A DNA stretch of 45,495 bases from Nemertoderma westbladi (lineage: Eukaryota > Animalia > Xenacoelomorpha), in assembly GCA_032718475.1 (NCBI GenBank), contig JAUCBJ010002367.1:1-45495 (forward strand). The letters run 5' to 3'. The notes beneath the pieces are model-generated. The model worked only from the letters and a program-made list of their open reading frames with translations. It did no database searches and was not told where the DNA came from. Below are positions 10,601 through 22,602 of the stretch, in pieces. A program made the translations under genes and the position numbers. Numbering within the stretch: position 1 is the first letter of the stretch; each line of letters opens with the position of its first letter.

Positions 10601-12195
10601 GTGTGTTATACAGACGACGGCGAAAGCCAGGCTTCTCAAGAGGAAGACAGTGGGAAAGACACTGAAAGATCTTACTATGACAACAAAGCGCCTAAGGACG
10701 TAAGTAAATTCAAGTCTCGAACCAATGACAGGATAGAACAGGTAAGAAAAACTCCTCCTACGTCTCCTAAGATAATTCATGGAAGAAAGCCCGAGGAAAG
10801 AACGAGTGTGCACAACGTTACCCAAGGTAAAGTAAGTAACATCAAACCAAAATGTGTGCTGTGCGACGGGCCCCACCGTTTAAGTGTGTGTGAAGAATTT
10901 CTCAAGAAATCACTAAAGGATAGACGTGAAGTCATGTGGGATAAGCGGTTGTGTTATAATTGCCTCAGACAAGGACACCAACGGCGAACCTGTTACTCCG
11001 ACGTAAGGTGTGCAAAATGCGGCGCTAAACATTTGCTGGACAACCCAAGTTCCGAACTAAGTTAAACATGTCAGGAATTATGCAGGTTTGGAAATCTACA
11101 GTAATCGCAGATTACTATGTAGGTGCGTTGTCCACCCCCCAGGATGAACTAGGAGAACACCGTATAAGGTCAGTAAAAATGGTGGCGATAAAGAACTTCG
11201 CTACCAGCCAAGTGGAACCTTATAACTGGGATGAGGACGATTTCACCCAGCAGCATAAGATACCTAGATTCAACACAGACTACCCTGGAGTGCAAATACT
11301 CATCGGCCAAAATGCGCATGAGGCGCTTGAGACATTAGAGAAACGGCCTGCTCGACCGCAACCATTGCGAACCTATGCGGGAAGAACAAGAGTAGGTTGG
11401 TACCTCACAGGACCTTCCCGTAGGACACTCCTAGAAAGACTACCCAAAGATCAGGTCCATCAGGAGAGTGAATGGGAAGAAGACATCAGTGAGGGAGAGA
11501 CGACCACAACTGAGGGAACACCATACTCCTCAGATAATGACGATATTAACTCTAATGTAGATCAATGGAGACATTGCCCCGAGACGATTAATCTAGCCGA
11601 CATCGCTTCCAGAGGAGCAACTCCTCAAGAACTGACAGATACTCCAGACTGGTTAGGTGGACCCGACTTCCTAAGTAAAGAAGATGAATAGCCTCCCCAT
11701 CTTACCACGGCTGAGATTAGACAAGCCAAGGGAGCGGAGAAAGTCAAACCTAAAACCCGGACGAGTAAATCAAGGTTATTTAAACCCGTGATAGATCTGT
11801 CTGTACTGCACATTGCCAGGGACGACGCTGTGGATCTAAACTCCCCCACCGCGAACAGATCTGTTGTGGAGATCAGAGAGAGAGACTGGAGATCTGGAAC
11901 ACCAGACGTCTCGCAGGAACTCTCACCTCTCCTGCCGGGAGCGATGGACCACTATAGATCCTGGAATCGGCTTTGTAAGGCCGCCGTGTGTTTGAAGCGA
12001 TGTTTCTATCGTCACTATTCCATGACGAAGAGGAAACCGGGAATTGTCTTCGAGACGCAGCAACTCAACCGCCCAGTCGGTCGTTTATGTTTACTGGAAA
12101 GAGACTGAGAACTCTCCGGAAACTATGGAAGGCAAGATACTCTTCCCACGACCACCTCCCTAATCCAACAAATATCTAGGGACTCCCCAACGTAA
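7602..12195 (+). pseudogene. gag-pol: Copy B gag-pol remnant: Gag (coiled coil, DUF1759-like domain, BEL zinc knuckles) with the protease active site, RT, most of RNase H and the integrase core deleted
   Basis: ORFs 7736-9691 and 9944-11065 (FNGDEMKWLPF..LSNGEKLRFLIECLEG; CVLCDGPHRLSVC; CYNCLRQGHQRRTC; CAKCGAKH), then 11068-11691 and 11788-12108. Deletion junctions at ~11032, ~11550 and ~12030 relative to copy C. Confidence 0.9.
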
Positions 12196-12724
12196 CAGCG
12201 TCTGGAGTGGGTGTGTGACTATATTATTTTATATTTGTTTTTATTATTTTATATTTATGTATGTATTATTATGTAATTTTATTATAATCGTTTTCTTTAA
12301 TTTTATTTAGTAGAATGTTATTTTTGCGATTATTTAGTAGATTAGTGCAATATATATTAGTGTTTATTACTTACTTAATTATATTATATTATATATTTAG
12401 TGCAACGGCGAGAAATAATTCTTTTTCTCTTTCCTTACTGTCCGTATTACATTACAAATGCGTGACTACAGTAAGATGAAATATCCGTACTTATTAAAGT
12501 ACAATAAAGCTCCTACTATATTCAAGTATTATTGGTAAGTAGAGTATTAGGAATGCAAAATTCAGATCCACGTGTCTCGGCTAAACCAAGCTCTGGGTAG
12601 ACCTTGGAAACGACTTGCCTCTTCTCACTGACATTGCTTCTTGCAATATTGCTCTCATACCGTATATTAAATAATACATATAGTAGCGTGATTTCCCTTT
12701 AACAGTAGCGTAAAACGCAAAATA

Positions 12725-13085
12725 AATCTGTTAAACCCTTTGACCATCTGTAATTCTAGTCGATTAAGATATCGCGGCACCCACCGATATACTTGAAAGA
12801 CAAAATTCTAGAATCAGTGGTTAACGTCCCCAGACAAGTTCTGGAATAAACCGGTGCCCATCTTAAATATTAACTATTAATATTTGTAAAATCTGTCAAA
12901 CAAATACAATAGAGTAAATACTTACAAGTTAACTCTAGAAAATCTATAAATTAAAATCTGTTAAATTTTAGATCCTTTAAAATTCTAGTCGATTAAGATA
13001 TCGTAGCACTTACCGATACTCTTAAAAAGACAAATTTCCTAGAATCAAGGATCCCAGTCCCCAGACATGCTCTGTAATAAAATTG
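12725..13085 (+). repeat. Diverged ~130-bp direct repeat pair in the post-pol non-coding region (also in C at ~21700-22080)
   Basis: AAATCTGTTAAA...AATTCTAGTCGATTAAGATATCG...GACAAA..CTAGAATCA...GTCCCCAGACA...AATAAA at ~12725 and ~12953. Confidence 0.8.
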
Positions 13086-13901
13086 CGTCTATTCCATATT
13101 AAATAATAAAATTTACGGGAATAAATTTAAATTCATATCCTATCATGAATTTGATAAATTGTTATTTTATACAATTTATAATATTCCCAAAATTCCATTA
13201 ATTAATAGATCATGGGATCGGAGATTCACCCTATTAAGTGTATTAGTGTGCGAGAATCTCCAATATATAGTCAATAGCCGATAAAATTCATAAAATCATG
13301 TATAAAGAGGAATATTGACAATTAAAGAATTACTATTAAATAGCATCCCAGATCTGTATGCATGAGAATTACCCTAATTCTACTGCTAGCTTTCCATAAT
13401 GTCACCATGGCAACAACCATGCTAGAATTAGAAGTGAGTTAAAAGAACAATAAAGGCTTGCCCCATTGAATAGCATAGGGAATAAATAGCATACTGCTAG
13501 TATCCAAGGATACATAATAATAACGTGGCATTCTGGAAGGCACTTTACTAACGGACAAATAGCCCGAATGTGTGCGATTTGTGACAGTTGTGTGGAATTT
13601 GTGCGTTTATAGGTGAATGTTACTACTAAAGTGTGTTTACAGTAGTGAGTCGCAATTGTGAAAGTAGCCCTAACTCTCCAGTGAGAACCTGAAGTAAATC
13701 TAAGCCTTTGGGACGGACAGTTGAGTGACTCGCGCTGGTTATTGTTGTCGTTGTGTAGCTACTACGTTGGCGAAAAACACAGCGACGACGGTACATAGGC
13801 GCTGAGGATCTTGCACTGTCCAGTGGCCGAGAGGGGTAGGCAGCGACGCCCGCTAGCCTAATTATAACCAATTATAATATTGATAAACTCATATAGCAGA
13901 T

Positions 13902-15444
13902 ATGACTGAGTTGATAGAAGATGATCTTGGTATCAGGGAGCGATATACTCTACCGTTGCAAGCATTTGTTGATAGCTTAATATGCGGCGACACTGGTCCA
14001 ACTACTACTGAGGACTATGGTAGTTATATCGAACCGCCAATGTCCCAGGAGCAACTCACTCGTGAGTTGGACTATCGAAAATTCACTGCTCGCTATACGC
14101 ATTGCAATGGTACGCATATGGACTTCTTAACTACTGGTCATCCTATCGATTTACACGATACGGACAATGTCGACACCGAAAGGGAAATGGCCCTATTTAA
14201 ATATCCTACCCAGCGGAGTCGGAACGATAAACTGAAAATCGAATGCGAAAATTCTATTCGAAATCGACTCGAAAGAAAAGACGTTAAAGAACGCGGTAAC
14301 TCCAACATATATTGGGAATTCTTGAGAAAAAAAAAACATTGTAAAACCGAATAAATATCACCCGCTTTTCCCCTACAAGACGTGCGTCTTTGGTATTATT
14401 GCGATGAATGCCCAAGACCCAACCAACAAACGGAAAGACATAAACATCCGCGGAGACGTTGCTTTAAACACGGTTTTACTCGCTATATTTACGGGAGTTT
14501 CGAGCGAAACTTGTTCGATGTGCCACCTACGCTCGCTCGACTCAAACGATCATAAACCCATGATCAGAGTTCCGGAATGCTCGGTCAGACCTCCTCATTC
14601 CCTAGTTAGACCTCAGACTCTTGATCCTAATAGTATCACAGATCCTCCCGAACTGTACTCACTGTTCAAAGATCTAGTGTTACCCGAACAGTTAGTCGGT
14701 GGCACTCCGGTTGTGGGCTCCCTAAATATTCGCCCATCTTACCTAGTCGGATTGACGCGCGGACATCTAATATCGCCATTCAATCGTATCATCGTCCCGG
14801 TTTAACCCGATACAACCTGTCACCGAGGATGAGGAGAGAGTTGTACGAAACGCGTTGGACGCTATTCGTCAAAGATCGGAAAAGGAACCTACAATTGTTT
14901 AGAGAAATGTAAATTGTAGCAGCAAGTCCAAGCAGTAAACGAATTAGCTTTATCTCAGTTCGATCCGGAAATCCAGAATCTCTAAGAAGATATCGAACTT
15001 TGGCGACCCTACTCTCTAAAAGAGTTTTAGACGAATGCTTCCAACAACAAGCGGAGGAAAATCAGCTCGAGGAGAAGCATATCGATTCCGATAGAGCCCG
15101 AGAACGCGAGTTGAAAAGAATCATCAAACCGAGCAAATTTCTCACTACACACGGTCTACCTACCGCTCTTGTGCAAACGACCCGTCAGGGACCAGTAGGA
15201 GCTGCTGTCCTAAAACGTGCTCTAAAAGCCGTTAGACCTCGCTCCACTGAGGTTGATATCGATCAACCAGGTACCTCGACCGGTGGATACACCGACCGTA
15301 ATCCTAAACCTTCCGATGCTATTGTATTGCACCCTTCACCCAGGAGTTATAGCCCTCCTAGTAAAGTGGCTCGCCCCAAAGAGAAAAGGACTCTTGCTAT
15401 CCTCCAAAAAACTGCGTAAACGCCGTCTGCGCAAGAAAGACTAA
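13902..15444 (+). pseudogene. Copy B accessory ORF remnant (frameshifted, large internal deletion at ~15085)
   Basis: MTELIEDDLG... through ...KRRLRKKD; homologous to the A and C segments. Confidence 0.75.
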
Positions 15445-15522
15445 CTGTTTAGAGTATTTTTTATATTTAGAAACTGTGATTTTTTATATTTTATAGAATT
15501 AAATCCCATTTTCTGGGAGCGG

Positions 15523-16715
15523 TGTAAAAGCTTTTGCGGATATAGCTAGTCATTTTCCCGGCAAAGTACTCTGTATGTGTTTTAGCGGACATAAAAAGCC
15601 GTTTTCCTACTGTGTAGGTGTTTTAGTGGACATAAAAAGCCATTTCTTCTGTATGTGTAATTTAGCGGACATAACTAGCGATTTTATGCCGCAATGCACC
15701 AAATACTTAATACAGTGTAGTCCGATGACGACATCTATCAGCTGATATGTCGACGTGTAGCTTTTGGCTTTCTTTGTTCTTTGTTTGGCTCGCTCGACCA
15801 ATCAGAGCGATTTTCACTTTGTGTTGTACCATACCTACTGAAACTCACGCAATTCAGTCAGTGTGTATTTTTCCTAAGCCTAGAACACCGGCTGTGGAAT
15901 TATTCTGTGTTTCAGACTTTAGCCAAACATTAGAACGGCTTTGATTATAGAAACGTATAACTGTTATCAAACTTATCACAAACCATATCAAAGCAGACTC
16001 ATAGCAAATAAACTCAATCTTTCACCGCATTATTTTACTGCTATTTACTGTCGGTTATTAATTGTATCAGTTGATGGAACATTGTTATATATGGAGAATA
16101 ACGATAAATAACCAGAAAACCCCAATCTTCTTGATATACTAAAGGTTAGAGAGACCGGTTACATATAGCAATTGCGACTTACATTAAAGTGGTTTTAGAG
16201 TGAATCTAATGCTATTTCATAGGCCCTACATGTGTCGGTTGCTGTTCTCTTTATATGTGACTAAAATTAGTGAAGGTCGGCAGATCAGTGTGCAGCAGTG
16301 TGCGGTATTGTGCATGAGTGTGATAGATAACAAAGCATCTCCTAAAGAATGCGCCTTATACGTGAATCAATAGCCATCCCGTTGTGTCTAGTGTTAGTCA
16401 TAACTCTGTTTATATACTTAGAGCGCCACGTCCTAAAAGGAACTGTTAATATTTCCCGAAAGTAAATAATATTTGTCAGAGATTATATATCAACGATCAA
16501 TCGAATAGTACAGTAGGCCTATACCGCAATAAGGTCAGAGCTTCCGAATCCAGTCTCCCGGGTAAATCCAGTGGGTGAATGGTCGCGCATAGGCTGGCTT
16601 CGGCTAATGTAGTTTTATGTGCATCAAATATTTGTCATAGGCTAAAGTCGATTTATAACTTAGAAGACACCTAAATTTGGCAGGTTAAACTGCTAAAGGT
16701 CTAAAAGCGCGAACA
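15523..16715 (+). repeat. Copy B 3' LTR (1193 bp)
   Basis: Follows the PPT; near-identical to 4408-5600; followed by the CTTTC TSD. Confidence 0.95.
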
Positions 16716-17669
16716 CTTTCTTTGTTCGGCTCGCTCGACCAATCAGGACGATTTTCATTTTATTTTGCACAGAGGCCTACTGAAAGTCGCGCAATGCATG
16801 ACGGTCTTTGTTTACCTTTCTGAGCAAGAACAACTGCTTGGAAATTATTCTGTACTTCTGTGTTGGAAGTTTCAGACTTTGGCCAACATTAGACGGCTTT
16901 GATTATAAAAACGTAAATCTATTATCTGACCACTGGCATGGTCTGACAAATCAAACCAAACTCTGCACTCACGCAATCCTATTCACCGCATTATTTTACT
17001 GCTATTTACTGTCGGTTATTAATTGTTACCTGTTGATGGATATGTTGTTATATTTGGAGAATATCGAGAAATAATCATAAAACCCCAAATCTTCTTGATT
17101 ACCAAAGGTTAGAGAGACCAGTTACCGGTAGCAATTGCGACTTACATTACAGTGGTTTTAGTGTGCATTAAATGCTATTTCATAATCCCTACATGTGTCA
17201 GTTGCTATCCTCCTTATATATGATTAAATTCAGTGACGGTCGGCAGATCAGTGTGCAGCAGTGCGAAGTTGTATGCAGCAGTGTGACAGATAATAAAGCA
17301 TCTCCTAAAGAATGCGCCATTTACGAAAATCAATAGCCATCTCGTTGTGTTTAGTATAAGTCATAACTCTGTTTATACTTAAAGCACCACGTCCTAAAGG
17401 AACTGTTAATATTTCCCCGAAAGTGAATAATATTGTCAGAGATTATATAGTAACATCAATCGAATAATACCGTAGGTCTGCACCGCAATCCCTTCAAAGC
17501 ATCCGAATCCAGTCTCCCTTAACCGTGGGTGAATGATGGCGCATAGACTGGCTTCGGCTAATGTTACTTCATGTGCACTAAATACTTGTTATAGGCTAAA
17601 GTCGATTTATAAACAAGAGGACACCTAAAATTGGCAGGTTAAACTGCTAAAGGTCTGAAAGCTCGAACA
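16716..17669 (+). repeat. Copy A 3' LTR, second part
   Basis: Continues the LTR sequence from the point interrupted at 4407; a diverged variant of the B LTR; ends GCTCGAACA. Confidence 0.88.
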
Positions 17670-18772
17670 CAATTATTTAATGTACTGAAGTTACATCCGC
17701 CGAAGCCAGTCTGTGCGCGATCATTCACCCACATTTAAGGGAGACTGGATTCGGGTGCTTTGAAGTTATTGCGGTGCAGACCTACTGTTTCGACTGTATT
17801 CGATTGATCGTTACTATATAATCTCTGACAAATATATTTACTTTCGAGGAAATATTAACAGTTCCTTTAGGACGTGGCGCTTTAAGTATAAAAACAGAGT
17901 TATGACTTAAACTAATCACAACTAGATGGCTACAGAGTTTCGTAAATAGCGCATTCTTTAGGAGATGCTTTATTATCTGTCACACTACTTCACACGACTT
18001 CACACTACTTCACACTGATCTGCCAACCGTCACTGAATTTGATCATATATAAGGAAGATCGCAACTGACACTTGTAGGGATTATGAAATAGCATTTAATT
18101 CACACAAAAACCATTATAATTTAAGTCGCAGTTGCTACCGGTAACCTGTTCCTCTCACCTTCAGTAATCAAGAAGATTGGGGGTTTTATGATTATTCATC
18201 GGTATTCTCCAAATATATCAGCAATATACATCAACAGATAACAACAATTAATAACAGAAGTAAAAATAATGCGGTGAACAATCAGCATGTGTTACATAAG
18301 TCAGTATGTACGCAGTTAATGTTTCCAGGCAGGTGATCGGTAGGGCCAGTCAGATAATAGATTTACGTTCTTGTAATCAAAGCCATCAGATGTTTAGGCC
18401 AAAGTCTGAAACTTCCGAAACAGAAGCACAGAAGAATTCTAAGCCGGTTCTCTGGCTCAGAAAGGTAAAACAAAGACTGTAATGCATTGCGCGGTTTTCC
18501 GTAGGCCCTTGTTCAACATAAAGTAAAATCGATCTGATTGGCTGAGCAGAACAAAGAGGTTCCACGTCTACAGGAAATCAGCTGACAGATTTCGTCATCT
18601 GAGCTCCAATCTTTTAGAATATTATGCGCATTGTGGCAAAAATGTCTTGTTATGTCCGCTAAAGCACCTATACTGTGCATTGTGGGGAAAAATGACTTGT
18701 TATGTCTGCTAAAGCACCTATACTGTGCATTGCGGGGAAAACTGACTTGTTATGTCCGCAAAAGCTTTTACA
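17670..18772 (-). repeat. Copy C 3' LTR (cut at the copy A junction)
   Basis: Direct repeat of 33944-35042; preceded on the minus strand by the PPT GGGAGTGG. Confidence 0.92.
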
Positions 18773-18850
18773 CCACTCCCAGAAAATGGGATTTAATTCT
18801 ATAAAATATAAAAAATCACAGTTTCTAAAATATAAAAATACTCTAAACAG

Positions 18851-20874
18851 TTAGTCCTTCTTATGTGAACGGCGTTTATGAAGTTTTTCGAGGCTAGCAA
18901 GAGTCCATTTCTCTTTGGGGCGAGCCACTTTACTAGGAGGGCTATAACTCCTGGGTGAGGGTTGCAATACAATTGCATCGGAAGGTTTAGGGTTACGGTC
19001 GGTGTATCCGCCGGTCGAGGTACCCGGTTGATCGATATCAACCTCAGTGGAACGAGGTCGAACAACCTTTAGAGCGCGTTTCAAGACAGCAGCTCTTACT
19101 GGTCCCTGACGGGTCGTTTCCGTCGTGGACCGTGAGTAGTGAGAAATTTCCTCGGTTTGATGGTTCTTTCCAACTCGTGTTCTCTGGCATTATATTCATA
19201 TGGTTGTCTATGAATTTCTTGTAACTCTGGATGCGAGTTTATGAACAAGTCACCGCGTGATTTATCAATGGTAGAAACTTTAAACTGTATGTGAGATCTT
19301 CCGGTTTCACCATATAATATTGAGTTAAATTGACATAATAAGGGCAGTCTTTGATCCCATAAAATGAGTTCGGTAGAGGTCTAGCGCGTAGGTTGACCTC
19401 ATGTACCATACGACGGACAAGATCCGCTCGAATGTCCGGAGGTTCAACGAGTATACCGTCGACACGAGTGGCCTCGATTGGCGGACGTTGTAACATAGGA
19501 GCGTCAGCGATAAGATCTCTAGATCTTAGGTTGATATCAACCGGTTGGGGTTGTACCGTGGCGAAGAGTTTGTCTCCGAAATGGGGAACCATCGAGGGAT
19601 GAATGATGGTTTTGGGATAGAAATAAGGATTTGAGCTTCTGGCTGGGCTAAAGCTGCTTCTTCTCTCTCGTCCATTTCGATATGCTTCTCCTCGAGCTGA
19701 TTTTCCTCCGCTTGTTGTTGGAAGCATTCGTCCAAAAACTCTTGCAGAGAGTAGATTCGTCCACGTTTGATGTCTTCCTCGAGATTCTGGATTTCCCGAT
19801 CAAACTGGGGTAAAGCTAATTCTTTTACCGCTTGGACTTGCCGCTGCAATTTACGTTTATCTAAACAATCGTAAGTTCCTTTTCCAATCTTTTGTCGAAT
19901 AGCGTCTAGCGCGTTTCGTACAATGCTCTCCTCCACCTCGGTGACGGGTTGTATCAGGGTTAGACCGGGACGATTATACGGGTTGAACGGCGATATTAGG
20001 TGTCCGAGTCCCAATCCGGCTAGGTAAGATGGGCGAATATCTAGGGAGCCCACAACCGGAGTGCCACCGATTAATTGTTCGGGTAACACTAGATCTTTGA
20101 ACAGTGAGTACAGTTCGGGAGGATCCGTGATACTATTAGGATCAAGAGTCTGAGGTCTCACCAGGGAATGAGGAGGTCTGACCGAGTATACCGGAACTCT
20201 GATCATAGGTTTATTTAAGAATCGTTTGAGTCGAGCGAGCGTAGGTGATACGTCGAACAAGTTTCGCTCGAAACTCCCGTAAGTATAGCGAGTAAAACTG
20301 TGTTTAGCGCAACGTCTCCGCGGATGTTTATGTCTTTCTGCCTGCTGGTTGGGTCTAGGGCATTCATCGCAATAATACCAAAGACGCACGTCTTGTAGGG
20401 GAAACGCGGGTGATCTTTCTCCAGTTTTACAATGTTTCTCTCAAGAATTCCAAATATACGTTGAAGTCACTGCGTTTATCCGGTTCTTCAACGTCTTCTC
20501 TTTCGAGTCGATTTCGAATAGAATTTTTCGTGTTCGATTCTCAGTTTTTCGCTCCGACTCCGCTGGGTATGATAATTAAATAGGATCATTTCCCTTTCGG
20601 TGTCTACATCGTCCGTATCGTGTAAATCGATAGGATGACCAGTAGTTAAGAAGTCCATATACGTACCCTTACGATGCGTATAGCGAGCAGTGAATTTTCT
20701 ATAGTCCAATTCACGCGTGAGCTGTTCATTTGACATTGGCGGTTTGATATAACGGCCATCGTCCTCCGTAGTAGGTTGACTAGCGTCGCCGCTTATTAAA
20801 CTATCAACAAACGCTTGCAAGGGTAGGGTATATCGCTCCCCGACACCAAGATCATCTTCTATCAACTCAGTCAT
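18851..20874 (-). pseudogene. Copy C accessory ORF remnant(s), with an internal deletion at ~19260
   Basis: ORFs 20488-20874, 19526-20389 (YYCDECPRP...HKHPRRRC; coiled-coil-like QQQAEENQLEE), 19239-19727 and 18851-19084. Confidence 0.75.
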
Positions 20875-22602
20875 AGCTGCTATATGAGTTTATCGATATT
20901 ATAATTAATCATAATTTAGGCTAGCGGTCGTCGCTGCCTCCCCCTCAATGCCCCCGGACAGCGCAAGCTCCTCAGCGCTGATGTACTGTCGCCGCTGTGT
21001 CTCTCGCCAAACGTAGTAGCTACACAATGACAACTATAACCAGCGCGAGTCACTCCACTGTCCGTCCCAAGGGCTCAGAATTACTTCAGGTTATTGCTAC
21101 AGAGGCAGGGTAACTTTCACAACTGCGACTCGCTACTGTAAACACACTTTAGTAGTAACATTCACCTATAAAGACACAAATTCCACGCACTTGTCACAAA
21201 TTGTACACATTCGGGCCATTTGTCCGTTAGTCAAGTGCCTTCGTGCCAATGCCACGTTATTATTATGTATCCCTGGATACTAGCAGTGTGCTATTTATTC
21301 CGTATGCCACTCAATGGGGCAAGCTTTCTATTGTTTCTTTAACTCGCTTCTAATTCTAGCGTGGTTGTTGCTATGGTGACATTATGGAAAGCTAGCAGTA
21401 GAATTAGGGTAATTCGCATGCATACAGATCTGGGATGCTATTTAATAGTAATTCTTTAATTGTCAATATTCCCCTTTATACATGATTTTATGAATTTTAT
21501 CGGCTATTGACTATATATTGGAGATTCTCGCACACTAATATACTTAATAGGGTGAATCTCCGCTCCCATGATCCATTAATTAATGGAATTTTGGGAATGT
21601 TATAAATTGTATAAAATGACAATTTATCAAATTCATGAGAGGATATGAATTTAAAATTTATTCCCGTAAATTTTATTATTTGATATTAAAATGGACACAA
21701 TTTTATTCCAGAACTGGTCTGGGGACTAGGATCCTTAATTCTAAGAAATTTGTCCTTTTAAAAGTATCGGTAAGTGCTACGATATCTTAATCGACTAGAA
21801 TTTTAAAGGATCTGTATTTTAACAGATTTTGGATTTCTAGATTTTCTTAGTTTACAAACTCCTTAGAGTTTATTTGTATGCATTTACTCTATTATAACAT
21901 TTGTTTTAATAGATTTTTATAAATATTAAATATTTAAGATGGGCACCGATTTATTCCAGAACTTGTCTGGGGACGTTAACCACTGATTCTAGAATTTTGT
22001 CTTTCAAGTATATCGGTGGGTGCCGCAAAATCTTAATCGACTAGAATTACAGATGGTCAAAGGGTTTAACAGATTTATTTTGCGTTTTACGCTACTGTTA
22101 AAGGGACATCACGCTACTATATGTATTATTTAATATACGGTATGAGAGCAATATTGCAAGGAGCAATGTCAGTGAGAAAGGCAAGTCGTTTCCAAGGTTT
22201 ACCCAGAGCTTGGTTTAGCCGAGACACGAGGATCTGAACTTTGCATTCCTAATACTCTACTTACCAATAATACTTGAGTATAGTAGGAGCTTTATTGTAC
22301 TTTAATAAGTACGGACATTTCATCTTACTGTAGTCACGTATTTATAATATGATACGGACAGTAAGGAAAGAGAAAAATAATTATTTCTCGCCGTTGCACT
22401 AAATATATAATGTTAAGTAATTAAGTAATAAACACGAGTATATATATTGCACTAATCTACTAAATAATCGTTAAAATAACATTCTACTAAATAAAATTAA
22501 AGAAAATGATTATAATAAAATTACATAATAATACATACATAAATATAAAAATAATAAAAACAAATATAAAATAATATAGTCACACACCCACTCCAGAAGC
22601 TG

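Larger units (their letters stand above)
4408..16715 (+). mobile_element. BEL/Pao LTR retrotransposon copy B, 12.3 kb, internally deleted (non-autonomous), 5-bp TSD CTTTC
   Basis: TG...AACA LTRs at 4408-5600 and 15523-16715; CTTTC at 4403-4407 and 16716-16720; BEL gag domains inside. Confidence 0.95.
1241..17669 (+). mobile_element. BEL/Pao LTR retrotransposon copy A: 3' part only (accessory region plus 3' LTR), interrupted by copy B; 5' part lies upstream of the window
   Basis: 1241-1500 and 3660-4130 are homologous to the accessory regions of B and C. A PPT precedes the LTR start TGTAAAAGC at 4131; the LTR resumes at 16716 and ends ...CTCGAACA at 17669. Confidence 0.85.
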
